64,000 nucleotides of DNA from a virus. Location of the stretch: positions 5,068 to 69,067 of IMG/VR virus record IMGVR_UViG_3300027687_002091. One strand, 5' to 3'. The notes beneath the pieces were generated by a model that saw only the letters and a list, made by a program, of their open reading frames with translations, did no database searches and was not told the DNA's origin. Shown piece by piece: positions 36,754 to 46,384 of the stretch. Position 1 is the first letter of the stretch. Every line of letters starts with the position of its first letter. The position numbers and the translations under genes were made by a program.

Positions 36754-37819
36754 ACGTATAGGCTTTGCATGTAAATACATGCACCCAGATCAGACACAGA
36801 AAAAGAAACTACTTGAAGAAATTCAACGACCGCTAAATACTCGTAGCACAACAGTACAGTGGCTCAATAGGCAGACACGTGAAGTTGCTGAAGAACGGTT
36901 GTGGGATATTATGGTTCACAATATACAATCGTATATGAACCTTATTACCTATGTAGGAGGATTGCCAAATGATCTTCGTATGGTTAGATTGGGTAGCGAT
37001 TGTCTTCCTGTTTATACCCAGCATGAGTGGAGTTATTATTGGCGTAAGCCTGATGTGGTTGCGTACTGCGAGAAAAACTTTGCCAACGTCGGCAAACAAG
37101 CAAGGGCCCTCGATGTCCGACTATCGATGCACCCAGGCCAATTTACTGTACTTGCGAGCGACAACCCCGAAATTGTAGAGAGGAGCATAGAAGAATTTGA
37201 ATATCACACCGATGTCATCCGCTGGATGGGCTATGGCCGCACATTCCAAGACTTCAAGTGCAACGTCCATATATCAGGCAGGCAAGGTCCAGCCGGTATT
37301 AAACATGCCGTCAACAACAGACTTTCTCCGGAGGCGAGAAATTGCATTACGATCGAAAACGACGAAAACAAGTGGGGCATCGAACACAGTCTCGAGCTTG
37401 TCGACACATGTGCATTGGTGCTCGACATACACCATCACTGGTGCCGCGAAGGTGAGTATATACTGCCCACCGACGATAGATTTGCTCGCGTAATAGATTC
37501 GTGGCGTGGTGTGCGTCCTGCAATACATTATTCATACAGTCGCACAGAACACTTACCTGCAGAGTTTGCACACAATACAATGCCAGATATGCCTGCACTA
37601 TTAGAAGCAGGATACAAGAAAGCAAAATTACGAGCCCATAGTGATTACTATCCTAATAACACAGTTAACGATTGGGCGTTACAGTTTTTAGACTACGCAG
37701 ATATTATGTGTGAGAGCAAGATGAAAAATTTAGCAAGCATTAAATTGCTAGGTCAATACAATAAATATGTAACAACGGAGGCTTATGCCGAAAATGAGAA
37801 AGTTCCTTTTTTGGAATGA
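36746..37819 (+). CDS. uvsE: UV damage endonuclease UvsE
   Basis: RIGFAC, RLSMHPGQF.VL, IENDE, LDIHHH, HYS, AHSD, MCESK. Confidence 0.93.
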   Translation: MYKRIGFACKYMHPDQTQKKKLLEEIQRPLNTRSTTVQWLNRQTREVAEERLWDIMVHNIQSYMNLITYVGGLPNDLRMVRLGSDCLPVYTQHEWSYYWRKPDVVAYCEKNFANVGKQARALDVRLSMHPGQFTVLASDNPEIVERSIEEFEYHTDVIRWMGYGRTFQDFKCNVHISGRQGPAGIKHAVNNRLSPEARNCITIENDENKWGIEHSLELVDTCALVLDIHHHWCREGEYILPTDDRFARVIDSWRGVRPAIHYSYSRTEHLPAEFAHNTMPDMPALLEAGYKKAKLRAHSDYYPNNTVNDWALQFLDYADIMCESKMKNLASIKLLGQYNKYVTTEAYAENEKVPFLE

Positions 37820-38039
37820 AAAAGGTGATGAAAAAGAAACAGAACAATTGAGTCTAACAAGAGCAGTAAAATCTGTACAGGGCGATTTTAAAGACCAGTT
37901 TATTGGTGTTGAATACATTAGTAAAAAAGGTAAAGAAATGATAGACACAGTAAAGCTACCATGGGGTAGAAAAATAAGACAAGCGATTCAAACTGAACAA
38001 AAAAGAGCCGCTTTAAAGGCTAAACAGGCCTTACGTTAA
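37785..38039 (+). CDS. Hypothetical basic protein
   Basis: SD GGAGG; 84 aa. Confidence 0.6.
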   Translation: MPKMRKFLFWNEKGDEKETEQLSLTRAVKSVQGDFKDQFIGVEYISKKGKEMIDTVKLPWGRKIRQAIQTEQKRAALKAKQALR

Positions 38040-38053
38040 TAAAGGAAAATAAA

Positions 38054-38221
38054 ATGATTAAATTATGGATTAAACAAAGACTTGAGGAGCGTACATCAAT
38101 AGATGGTGCGGCTCTTATTGCATTAGGACTAGTAGTTCTTATTGCAGGACCATTTGCAAAACTAGCGGCATATGCGGCTATTGCATACGGTGCATGGACG
38201 ATTTGGAAAAAAGAAGACTAA
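38054..38221 (+). CDS. Small two-TM membrane protein, holin-like (not in ORF track)
   Basis: SD AAGGA; ERTSIDGAALIALG...YGAWTIWKKED. Confidence 0.6.
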   Translation: MIKLWIKQRLEERTSIDGAALIALGLVVLIAGPFAKLAAYAAIAYGAWTIWKKED

Positions 38222-38505
38222 ATCTCGTCAATCCTTATATTAGATCCTGCAGGTAAGTTTAATATCTTACGCTGTTCAACACCTTTACGTTGAGCAAAAC
38301 GCTTAGGATCGCAGTTAGGGCAAACGTGGACATAGAAGTTATCTAAACGCTTCGGGTCTACTTTGCCCTTTTCTCTCTTAAAGTCTTCTTTGCATTCGTC
38401 ACATTGAAATATTGCATAACTACATGTACGTTTGTATGTGTGAGATTTTCCTGTTTTACTCTTACGAACATAAAAACGTATTTCTTTTTCAATTCTTTTG
38501 AACAT
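38218..38505 (-). CDS. Zinc-ribbon protein
   Basis: CDEC...CPNC; minus-strand TAAATA 5 nt upstream. Confidence 0.7.
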   Translation of the reverse strand: MFKRIEKEIRFYVRKSKTGKSHTYKRTCSYAIFQCDECKEDFKREKGKVDPKRLDNFYVHVCPNCDPKRFAQRKGVEQRKILNLPAGSNIRIDEI

Positions 38506-38566
38506 ATATGTATTTATTTACATTCGGATTATAAAGCATTGTATAAATACAATAGGAGAAGGTAAC

Positions 38567-38890
38567 ATGGACGCAGTATTTTTAACAGATTCAGCCAAAG
38601 AAAAGATGACAAGATTACTTAAAGAAAATGACAAACCAGCAATTAAGCTACAAATACAAGGTGGTGGATGTGCAGGATTTAAGTATGATTGGATAATGGC
38701 AGACGGCTTAGAAGATGGCGATGAAGTTATCGACTTACCAAACGGCAAGTTTATTATAGACCGTACTAGCATTATGTACTTACTAGGATCTACTATAGAC
38801 TACAAAAAAGAACTATTCGGTTCATACTTTGATATTAGAAACCCTGCAAGCACAAGTAGCTGTGGTTGCGGTGAAAGCGTAGGATTTTAA
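38567..38890 (+). CDS. Second A-type Fe-S carrier (IscA/ErpA/HesB family)
   Basis: GGGCAGFKY, NP..TSSCGCGES; TATAAATA 38542-38549. Confidence 0.92.
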   Translation: MDAVFLTDSAKEKMTRLLKENDKPAIKLQIQGGGCAGFKYDWIMADGLEDGDEVIDLPNGKFIIDRTSIMYLLGSTIDYKKELFGSYFDIRNPASTSSCGCGESVGF

Positions 38891-38893
38891 AAG

Positions 38894-41800
38894 ATGGCAA
38901 AAAATGATATTTATTTAGGTGTAGAAGGTAACGACGGTACAGGTGATAGTATACGTGAAGCGTTCCGTAAAGCAAACGAGAACTTCACAGAACTATACGC
39001 TGTATTTGGACAAGGTGGAACAATTAGTTTTACCGCACTTAACGATACACCAACAGGAATTACACCCGGTGGCGTATTAATTGGTAATACAACAGGTACT
39101 GAACTCCTTGCAAAAACGCTTTCAGCAGGAACAGGTATTAGTATTGATAATACAAGTACAAGTAATATTACTATTACAAACACAGGTGCTAATATTAACG
39201 CTGATACAAGTCCAATATTTGGTGGACCTGTAAGTGGTAACGAAGTTTATGCTATTGGTAAAATTGCTACATCACCACAAGCTATAGCTGAATTTAACAC
39301 TACACATGGTAGTGCGATTACAGTTAACGACATTGTAACAGATAAAAAGTTTCAAGATCAATACTATGCGCCAAACACAACGTTTGAACCAACAAAGCCT
39401 GTATATGCTAGAACAGAGCCTGCTAACGCAAGCGAATATACAAAAACTATTGCAGAATACAGAGCTGGTAATGTTGTAATTAGTAATCATGGGTTTGACT
39501 GGAGTATTAACGGAACTAAATGGCAGTACTCAACAACAGGTTCCGCACCAAACGGATTAACAACCAGTACAGATTATTTTGTAAGATGGGTTAACGAAGA
39601 TCAATTAAGTTTACATGCTACTAAAGCTGAAGCACAAAACAATAACGATACTACCCGTGTTAAAATTAATATTGCACTTGGCACACAAACATCAGTTTCA
39701 GGTACAGACATTGTTAAAGATACAGCATATGATGATGCCTACTATGGTTTCTACAAAACAGATGAAGCACTTCCAAGAAGTGCGGCAGTAAGACGCCAAG
39801 GCGATGACATGACAGGTGCTTTATACTTGCATGATCATCCAGGTGACTTATCAGGTATTGACACAGGCGATATAAAAGATAAACAAGCCGCAACAAAATT
39901 ATATGTGGACAACAATAGTTACAGTTCAACAGAAGATATCTTTGTAACTAAACAAGGTGACGACACACAAGCACGTACTCCTGTAGGACTTGAAGGACGC
40001 GGATTAGGTTATGCATACGGAAGTCTAAAAGCGGCTTTGCAAAAAGCTGAAGAAGTTATTGAAAGTGCTCCGATTGAGCCAGGTGCTTATAGACAAACTA
40101 TCACATACGATAACGGTAAGGGTATTGCTCTTGTAACAGGAGTAGGACCAACAACACAAAATACTGCGGCATATCATGCACAAACTTACCTAAGAGAAAA
40201 CAAAAGATTTATTCAAAAAGCAGTTGTTGATTATGTAAATGATACATTTCCAACTCTTGCATATACTCCAACAAGTGTACAGAATCCAAATGCTGAAGCA
40301 ATTCTAGTACAAAATAAAAAGTTTATTCAAGAAGAAGTTACATACTGGATTAACCATAATGTAGGAACAGCTGGCGGTTCAGGTATATGGAACAACTTTG
40401 ATTACAGCAGTGCAAAATGTAAACGTGATGTAGGGTACATTGTTGATGCATGGATTAACGACTTGTCAAGAGGCGGCAACATTGAAACACGTAGAATGGC
40501 TTCAAGTTATCTTGCTGGTCAGCAAAATGCTGTTGGACCTTCTGGTACAGGATTAGGTACTGCGGATCAAATAGCACAAACAAATTTGGCAATTGAATTT
40601 GCAAGAGACCTTGTTGTAAACAATGTATTATCTAACTCAGCATATACATCAAAGCAAGGAACATTTGTTGTTGATGATCAAAACTTAACAGCAAACGCTT
40701 TCCAATTTTATATTGGACGTAGCAGTTATGCACAGTCATATGTTAACGGTGGTACAGTTACTAAATCAGACAATACAGTATTAGCAGTAAGCACATTTGC
40801 TTATAGCGAATCTACAGGTATTGCAACTCTTACAACTACAACAAACCACGGACTATCAGCAACTAACGTTGTTACAATAGCAGGTATTAATGTTACTTGT
40901 ACATTTGAAGGATCTACAGTAGCAAAAGTTTATCCAGAAAGTTTACCTCAGGTTATTACAACACTTGCAGTTGAAACAGGTACAGGTGTTAACGATGTTG
41001 CAAATAGAGCAAGCACATTAACAAGTGTAATTACAAATGTTATAACTAACGGACTTAATTCATTAGTGGCACCAGAGAAACCTGCTATAGTTGACAACAC
41101 ATGCGAAAGAGATGTTGGACTTATTATTGATGGAATGCTTATAGACATTGGTAATGGTACAAACAGCAACTACAACGCTATACAAGCGGCTACACGCTAT
41201 TTTAGTACAAGTTCAGGCGCTAGAGCACGTATTAGTCAAGGACAAGAAACTAGAGCGGCTATGACAAAAGCAAAAGCTATTGTTAATAGTGTTGTACAAA
41301 ATGTTGACTTATTAACCCAAAGTAAAAGATTTGCTGTTGAATCAGATAACTTAACAACAAATACATTCCAAGTAGCAGTGGGAACAAATCCATATGCTCA
41401 CACATATATAAGTGGCGGTACTGTTGCATTTGGTGGTGTTACATATAATATTAACGGATTCAACTATAATCATACAACAGGTAAAGGTATCATTACAACT
41501 ACTACTGCACACGGATTAGGTGCAGGTGATGTTGTTGTACTTGATGCTATTACGTTTGAATGTACATTTGGCATGAAAGTTTATCCATCAGATTACACAA
41601 CTTTAATTCCACAATGGTTTAATGCAAATATTAACGATGTTAGTACACAAATTAAAGATGCGTTAAATGCCAAGTTTGATATTATACTTGATATATTAGA
41701 AAACGGCTTTAGTGCTAGAAACAACTACACACTAGTTGAAGGTAGTACATTCTCAATTGAATTTGGTAACGGAACAGGCAACGATAGTACTGACCAAGGT

Positions 41801-44800
41801 ATTAACACTAACGTTGATATTCTTCCAGGTAAGATTATTGTTGGTAAGACATCAGGTGCAAGAGGACGTATTGTAAAATACACAAGTGGCGTAGACTTAG
41901 GTGGTGTAGCATACGATAAAGCAGAAGTTGTATTAGTTGAGCCAAGAGATTTTAGAATTGGTGAAGAATTAGAATACGGTAACGGAACTAAAGAAAAACA
42001 AATTACAGTACATGTTGAAACAGGCATTTACTACGAAGACTATCCGTTAAAAGTTCCTGCTAACGTTTCAGTTAAAGGTTCAGACTTTAGACGTTGTCAA
42101 ATTAGACCAGCTCCAAGAATATCACAATCACCTTGGGCTAACACTTATTTCTACAGAGACAAGTTACTAGATAATCTAAAAATTACAGACGTAACAGGTG
42201 CAGACTTAGCAACTGCACAAGCTATTACAATTACAGGTTCTAACCAAACAGGCGGTATAATTACAGTAACACCTGCAAACAACATTGCTCCAATTGCATG
42301 GGACGGTGCTTGGTTCTATACAGACAATGGCGCAGTAGGCTTAATTAGTAATGCTGATGGTGGAAGTGACTTTGACGTTACACTTACTACAGATATACTA
42401 CCAAACTTATCCGGAATTGCAAGCGGTGCATGGCATGTTAAACAAACTGTAAATTATGGTTATCATTATCTAACAGATCCAAGTAACGCGACAAGTACAC
42501 CTAAAACAAACGATCAAATGGATGTATTCTTAATGAATGATGCAACTAGACTTGCAAACATGTCATTCCAAGGACACGGCGGATTTGCTCAAGTACTTGA
42601 CCCAGCAGGACAAGTTCTAGTCAAATCACCATACACCCAAGTTTGTGGATCGTTCTCAAGAAGTACAAACAAGCAAGGCTTTAAAGGTGGTATGTACATT
42701 GATGGATTTGCTGGTAACTTAGAAACTAAGATTACAAGTAAAGACGACAACTATACACTTAATGTACAATCAGACGCAGGAACAGGTTTACGAATTAGAA
42801 AACCACAAACACCTGCTCCGTTCTTTATTAACGGTGTACGTTACCAAGTTGATGCTGTTTCAGAATACGATGGCGGAACAGGTACAGCAAAACTATTAAT
42901 TAATAAACTTTCAAATGAAGGTAACGGCTATACTGATACTACGTTCCCACAACAAATTTATGTTCAAACTGCTGGTAACAGAAGTATGTTGGCAAACGAC
43001 TATACTCAAGTTAACGACTTAGGTTATGGATTATTTTGTAACAACGCGGCACTATCAGAGCAAGTATCGACATTTACTTATTACAACCATACAGCGTTCT
43101 TTAGTAACAACGGTTCAGAGATTAGAGCACTTAACTGTTCTAACGCAAACGGTAACTTTGGTTTAGTTGCGGCAGGATCAGATCCAAACGAAACTGTTGA
43201 TGATATTACAACACTAAGAAATATGCAACAACCTGCCAAAGTATTTAACGATGGTAGTAACACATATGGCTTTGGTACATTTGCAAACGCGGCAGGTTCA
43301 TTTAGTATATTTGTATACGACTGTGATTACATGCCATATCCAAACAGTTTAATTGACATATACACAGCAACAGGTGTAACTACATACGAAGTCACAGCAA
43401 CAAGTGTTGTTGCAGTACCAGTAAGTAACATTGGTGGGTATACTGGTGCTACAGGTCCAACTGGACGTAAAGGTGCTAATTTACCTATTTACAGATTAAG
43501 TGTATCAGGTGCTACTGGATTAGAAAATGCTATTACAGGCGCACATAATCCTACACCAAACAGTGATGCATCAGCTGTCGCAGTAGTTAGAATGAACAAG
43601 AACCACTTGTTAGATGACTTAAATGGTGTTACAGCAACAAGACCGTCAACAGCGATTGTGTTTGCTGAAAATCCAAATCAAGTTTACAGAAGTATTAGTT
43701 TTAACAACCAAGATGCAGACGGAACAGCATTAGCGGCAGATAGATTCCAAGTTGTTATGGACTCAGCGTTTAGTCACTTAAACTTAACACTTAGAAATAC
43801 AGAAGCGGCATTGACTACATATGCTGGTACAGGTACTACAATGGGTGCGACAGCAGGTGACGTTGTACTTGCTATTGATACATTAACATCAACACAACAA
43901 GCTCGTATTAATAATAACGATATGCTCTTTACACATGCTGGTAAATCACATGTTGTTGCAAACTATACAGAAAGAACAGGATACGCTACTGTCGAACTTA
44001 ATGAACTAGCGGCTTCAAACATTAACAGTAGTAATGCGTTATACACTGGTTCAGGTATTGCGGCAGACATGAGATTTAGTCCTGCGGCGACAAGAACAAT
44101 TCCATTATCATTACAAGATAACGAAGCTGGTACTGTTACAGTTGGTATTTCAACTCTAAGAGCTAACGGACACGACTTTGATAAAATTGGTACAGGTGGA
44201 TTTAACACTACTAACTATCCAAGTATTATCTACGGTAATCCAACTATTAGTGCTAACCAAGATGCAGAAGTTAGCGAACGTGGTAAAGGTAGAGTGTTCT
44301 TTGCAAGTACAGACCAAGATGGATTCTTTAGAGTTGGTAAATTCTTTAGTGTAGACCAAGGAACAGGTACAGTTACATTTAGTGCAAGTATTGCTATTAG
44401 TAACTTAGACGGATTAGGATTTAGACAAGGTGTTAGAATTACAGAATTTAGTAATGATGATACAATGGCTGACGGTGATCCGGCGGCAGTTCCAACAGAA
44501 TTTGCAACTGAGAAGTTTATTGAGAAACGACTACACTTTGATAGAGATGGCGTCATACTTAGTACAGGTACTATTGGTCCAGGAGCTATTGCTAGAGATG
44601 GTACTACACCATTAACAGGAAACATTAATGCTGGTAGTAACAAGATTTATAACCACAGTGATCCAACTCAACCACAAGACGTAACTACAAAGTCTTATGT
44701 AGATGCCAGAACACCATTTGATACAGAAGCAATTGGTACTGATATTGGTAACAGAGTAAACAATGATATCTTAATGTTCCACGGAGGACTTTACGATAAT

Positions 44801-46096
44801 CATACTGTTACAGGTGATGTTGTGTTTACAAGTAATGGAAGTAATGTTGCAACAACAGCAATTAGTTCCGAAGTAATTGTAAATGGTGATATAAGTCCTA
44901 CAGCAGGAATTATACAAAGCAAACTTGCAATGACTGCGGCAACTACAAGAGTTAACGCAACAGGCATAGCACAAGTAGACTTAGGACTGTCAGCATTTGA
45001 TGCTGATGACTTTACAGTAACAGATGGCTGGGTAACACTAAAAGCAAGTAGTGTTGACTTTGCTGACTTGCCAGACATTGCACAAAATACAATCTTTGGT
45101 AGAACAGCAACAGGTAGTGGTGATGCAAGTGCAGTAACTTTTGCAGATATTGTTAGCACTGGTGGATCATTTACTACAACAGGTGTTGCTGATAGAATTA
45201 TTAAAACAGGCGCAGATGGAAGTGTTGATGCACAGAAATTTAAACTTGATAACTACGATGTTTTAGATCAAACTAACTTAACAATGACAATGAAGACACC
45301 AGGCGGTGCTACAGTGTTCAATACAGTTGGTACAATTCCAAGTAACACAACTACTACGTTGCCAGGTACATTGCAAATAGGTACTACAAGTGCTACAGCA
45401 TCGTTCTTCCAACAGAACAGTAGTTATGGTGATCCAGATGATGCTACACTAAACAAACCAAGAGTAGCAAGTGACTGGATGTACACTTCATTTATTGAAG
45501 CACCAGGTGAAAAGAGTACTTCAAGTACAGGTATTGGTATTGGTGCAGGTACAGGATTTAGTAGTGCAGGTGAAGTTGCAATCGTAGCAAATAACAACGT
45601 TGCGGCAGTAGTGTTTAAGCAAGCGGCTATGACACCATCAAGTAACGCTGGATACGACATTGGTACAAGTGCATTAAAGTTTGGAACATTCCACGGAACT
45701 GCAACAGCGGCACAATATGCTGACTTGGCAGAGAACTACTTAGCTGATGCTATGTACGAGCCAGGCACTGTATTAGTATTTGGTGGTGAACAAGAATTAA
45801 CAACTACAATGTCCAAAGGCGATAGAAAGATTGCTGGTGTTGTTTCAGAGAATCCAGCACACTTAATGAATAGCGAATTAGTAGGTGACTACGTTACAGC
45901 ATTAGCATTACAAGGTAGAACAACTTGTAAAGTAATTGGCGCTGTTGGCAAAGGTGACATGATTGTATCAAGTGCAATTTCAGGATACGGTATGGTACAG
46001 GACGATCCACTAGTAGGAACTGTTATTGGTAAAGCAGTTGGAACTAAAGACGGAGATGAACCAGGGTTCGTTGAAGTTGTGGTAGGGAGAGTATAA
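38894..46096 (+). CDS. Giant tail fibre/structural protein (2400 aa) with phycobiliprotein-like domains
   Basis: NDGTGDSIREAF N-terminus (T4 gp9/10-like), ATKLYVD fibre motifs, YADLAENY...IGKA C-terminal domain. Confidence 0.8.
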   Translation: MAKNDIYLGVEGNDGTGDSIREAFRKANENFTELYAVFGQGGTISFTALNDTPTGITPGGVLIGNTTGTELLAKTLSAGTGISIDNTSTSNITITNTGANINADTSPIFGGPVSGNEVYAIGKIATSPQAIAEFNTTHGSAITVNDIVTDKKFQDQYYAPNTTFEPTKPVYARTEPANASEYTKTIAEYRAGNVVISNHGFDWSINGTKWQYSTTGSAPNGLTTSTDYFVRWVNEDQLSLHATKAEAQNNNDTTRVKINIALGTQTSVSGTDIVKDTAYDDAYYGFYKTDEALPRSAAVRRQGDDMTGALYLHDHPGDLSGIDTGDIKDKQAATKLYVDNNSYSSTEDIFVTKQGDDTQARTPVGLEGRGLGYAYGSLKAALQKAEEVIESAPIEPGAYRQTITYDNGKGIALVTGVGPTTQNTAAYHAQTYLRENKRFIQKAVVDYVNDTFPTLAYTPTSVQNPNAEAILVQNKKFIQEEVTYWINHNVGTAGGSGIWNNFDYSSAKCKRDVGYIVDAWINDLSRGGNIETRRMASSYLAGQQNAVGPSGTGLGTADQIAQTNLAIEFARDLVVNNVLSNSAYTSKQGTFVVDDQNLTANAFQFYIGRSSYAQSYVNGGTVTKSDNTVLAVSTFAYSESTGIATLTTTTNHGLSATNVVTIAGINVTCTFEGSTVAKVYPESLPQVITTLAVETGTGVNDVANRASTLTSVITNVITNGLNSLVAPEKPAIVDNTCERDVGLIIDGMLIDIGNGTNSNYNAIQAATRYFSTSSGARARISQGQETRAAMTKAKAIVNSVVQNVDLLTQSKRFAVESDNLTTNTFQVAVGTNPYAHTYISGGTVAFGGVTYNINGFNYNHTTGKGIITTTTAHGLGAGDVVVLDAITFECTFGMKVYPSDYTTLIPQWFNANINDVSTQIKDALNAKFDIILDILENGFSARNNYTLVEGSTFSIEFGNGTGNDSTDQGINTNVDILPGKIIVGKTSGARGRIVKYTSGVDLGGVAYDKAEVVLVEPRDFRIGEELEYGNGTKEKQITVHVETGIYYEDYPLKVPANVSVKGSDFRRCQIRPAPRISQSPWANTYFYRDKLLDNLKITDVTGADLATAQAITITGSNQTGGIITVTPANNIAPIAWDGAWFYTDNGAVGLISNADGGSDFDVTLTTDILPNLSGIASGAWHVKQTVNYGYHYLTDPSNATSTPKTNDQMDVFLMNDATRLANMSFQGHGGFAQVLDPAGQVLVKSPYTQVCGSFSRSTNKQGFKGGMYIDGFAGNLETKITSKDDNYTLNVQSDAGTGLRIRKPQTPAPFFINGVRYQVDAVSEYDGGTGTAKLLINKLSNEGNGYTDTTFPQQIYVQTAGNRSMLANDYTQVNDLGYGLFCNNAALSEQVSTFTYYNHTAFFSNNGSEIRALNCSNANGNFGLVAAGSDPNETVDDITTLRNMQQPAKVFNDGSNTYGFGTFANAAGSFSIFVYDCDYMPYPNSLIDIYTATGVTTYEVTATSVVAVPVSNIGGYTGATGPTGRKGANLPIYRLSVSGATGLENAITGAHNPTPNSDASAVAVVRMNKNHLLDDLNGVTATRPSTAIVFAENPNQVYRSISFNNQDADGTALAADRFQVVMDSAFSHLNLTLRNTEAALTTYAGTGTTMGATAGDVVLAIDTLTSTQQARINNNDMLFTHAGKSHVVANYTERTGYATVELNELAASNINSSNALYTGSGIAADMRFSPAATRTIPLSLQDNEAGTVTVGISTLRANGHDFDKIGTGGFNTTNYPSIIYGNPTISANQDAEVSERGKGRVFFASTDQDGFFRVGKFFSVDQGTGTVTFSASIAISNLDGLGFRQGVRITEFSNDDTMADGDPAAVPTEFATEKFIEKRLHFDRDGVILSTGTIGPGAIARDGTTPLTGNINAGSNKIYNHSDPTQPQDVTTKSYVDARTPFDTEAIGTDIGNRVNNDILMFHGGLYDNHTVTGDVVFTSNGSNVATTAISSEVIVNGDISPTAGIIQSKLAMTAATTRVNATGIAQVDLGLSAFDADDFTVTDGWVTLKASSVDFADLPDIAQNTIFGRTATGSGDASAVTFADIVSTGGSFTTTGVADRIIKTGADGSVDAQKFKLDNYDVLDQTNLTMTMKTPGGATVFNTVGTIPSNTTTTLPGTLQIGTTSATASFFQQNSSYGDPDDATLNKPRVASDWMYTSFIEAPGEKSTSSTGIGIGAGTGFSSAGEVAIVANNNVAAVVFKQAAMTPSSNAGYDIGTSALKFGTFHGTATAAQYADLAENYLADAMYEPGTVLVFGGEQELTTTMSKGDRKIAGVVSENPAHLMNSELVGDYVTALALQGRTTCKVIGAVGKGDMIVSSAISGYGMVQDDPLVGTVIGKAVGTKDGDEPGFVEVVVGRV

Positions 46097-46374
46097 TGGC
46101 TATTCAAACAATTAACATTGGAACTAGTGCAAACAAAGGAGATGGTGATCCTTTAAGAACAGCATTTACAAAAATTAATGCAAACTTTGCAGAACTAGCT
46201 GAAACAAACAGTACAAGAGATATTCAAGGATCGGTGTTTGGTGATGATAGTACTTTACTAGTTGATGGAGTAAACAGTACAATACCTGGGTATGTAAGTT
46301 TAGTAACACTAAAACAAACAGTAGCGGCAAGTACTGACTTTGCTGACTTCAAAACTAGAATAGCGGCATTATAA
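46096..46374 (+). CDS. Short baseplate/fibre protein
   Basis: INIGTSANKGDGDPLRTAFTKINANF. Confidence 0.75.
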   Translation: MAIQTINIGTSANKGDGDPLRTAFTKINANFAELAETNSTRDIQGSVFGDDSTLLVDGVNSTIPGYVSLVTLKQTVAASTDFADFKTRIAAL

Positions 46375-46384
46375 GGAAAAGAAT

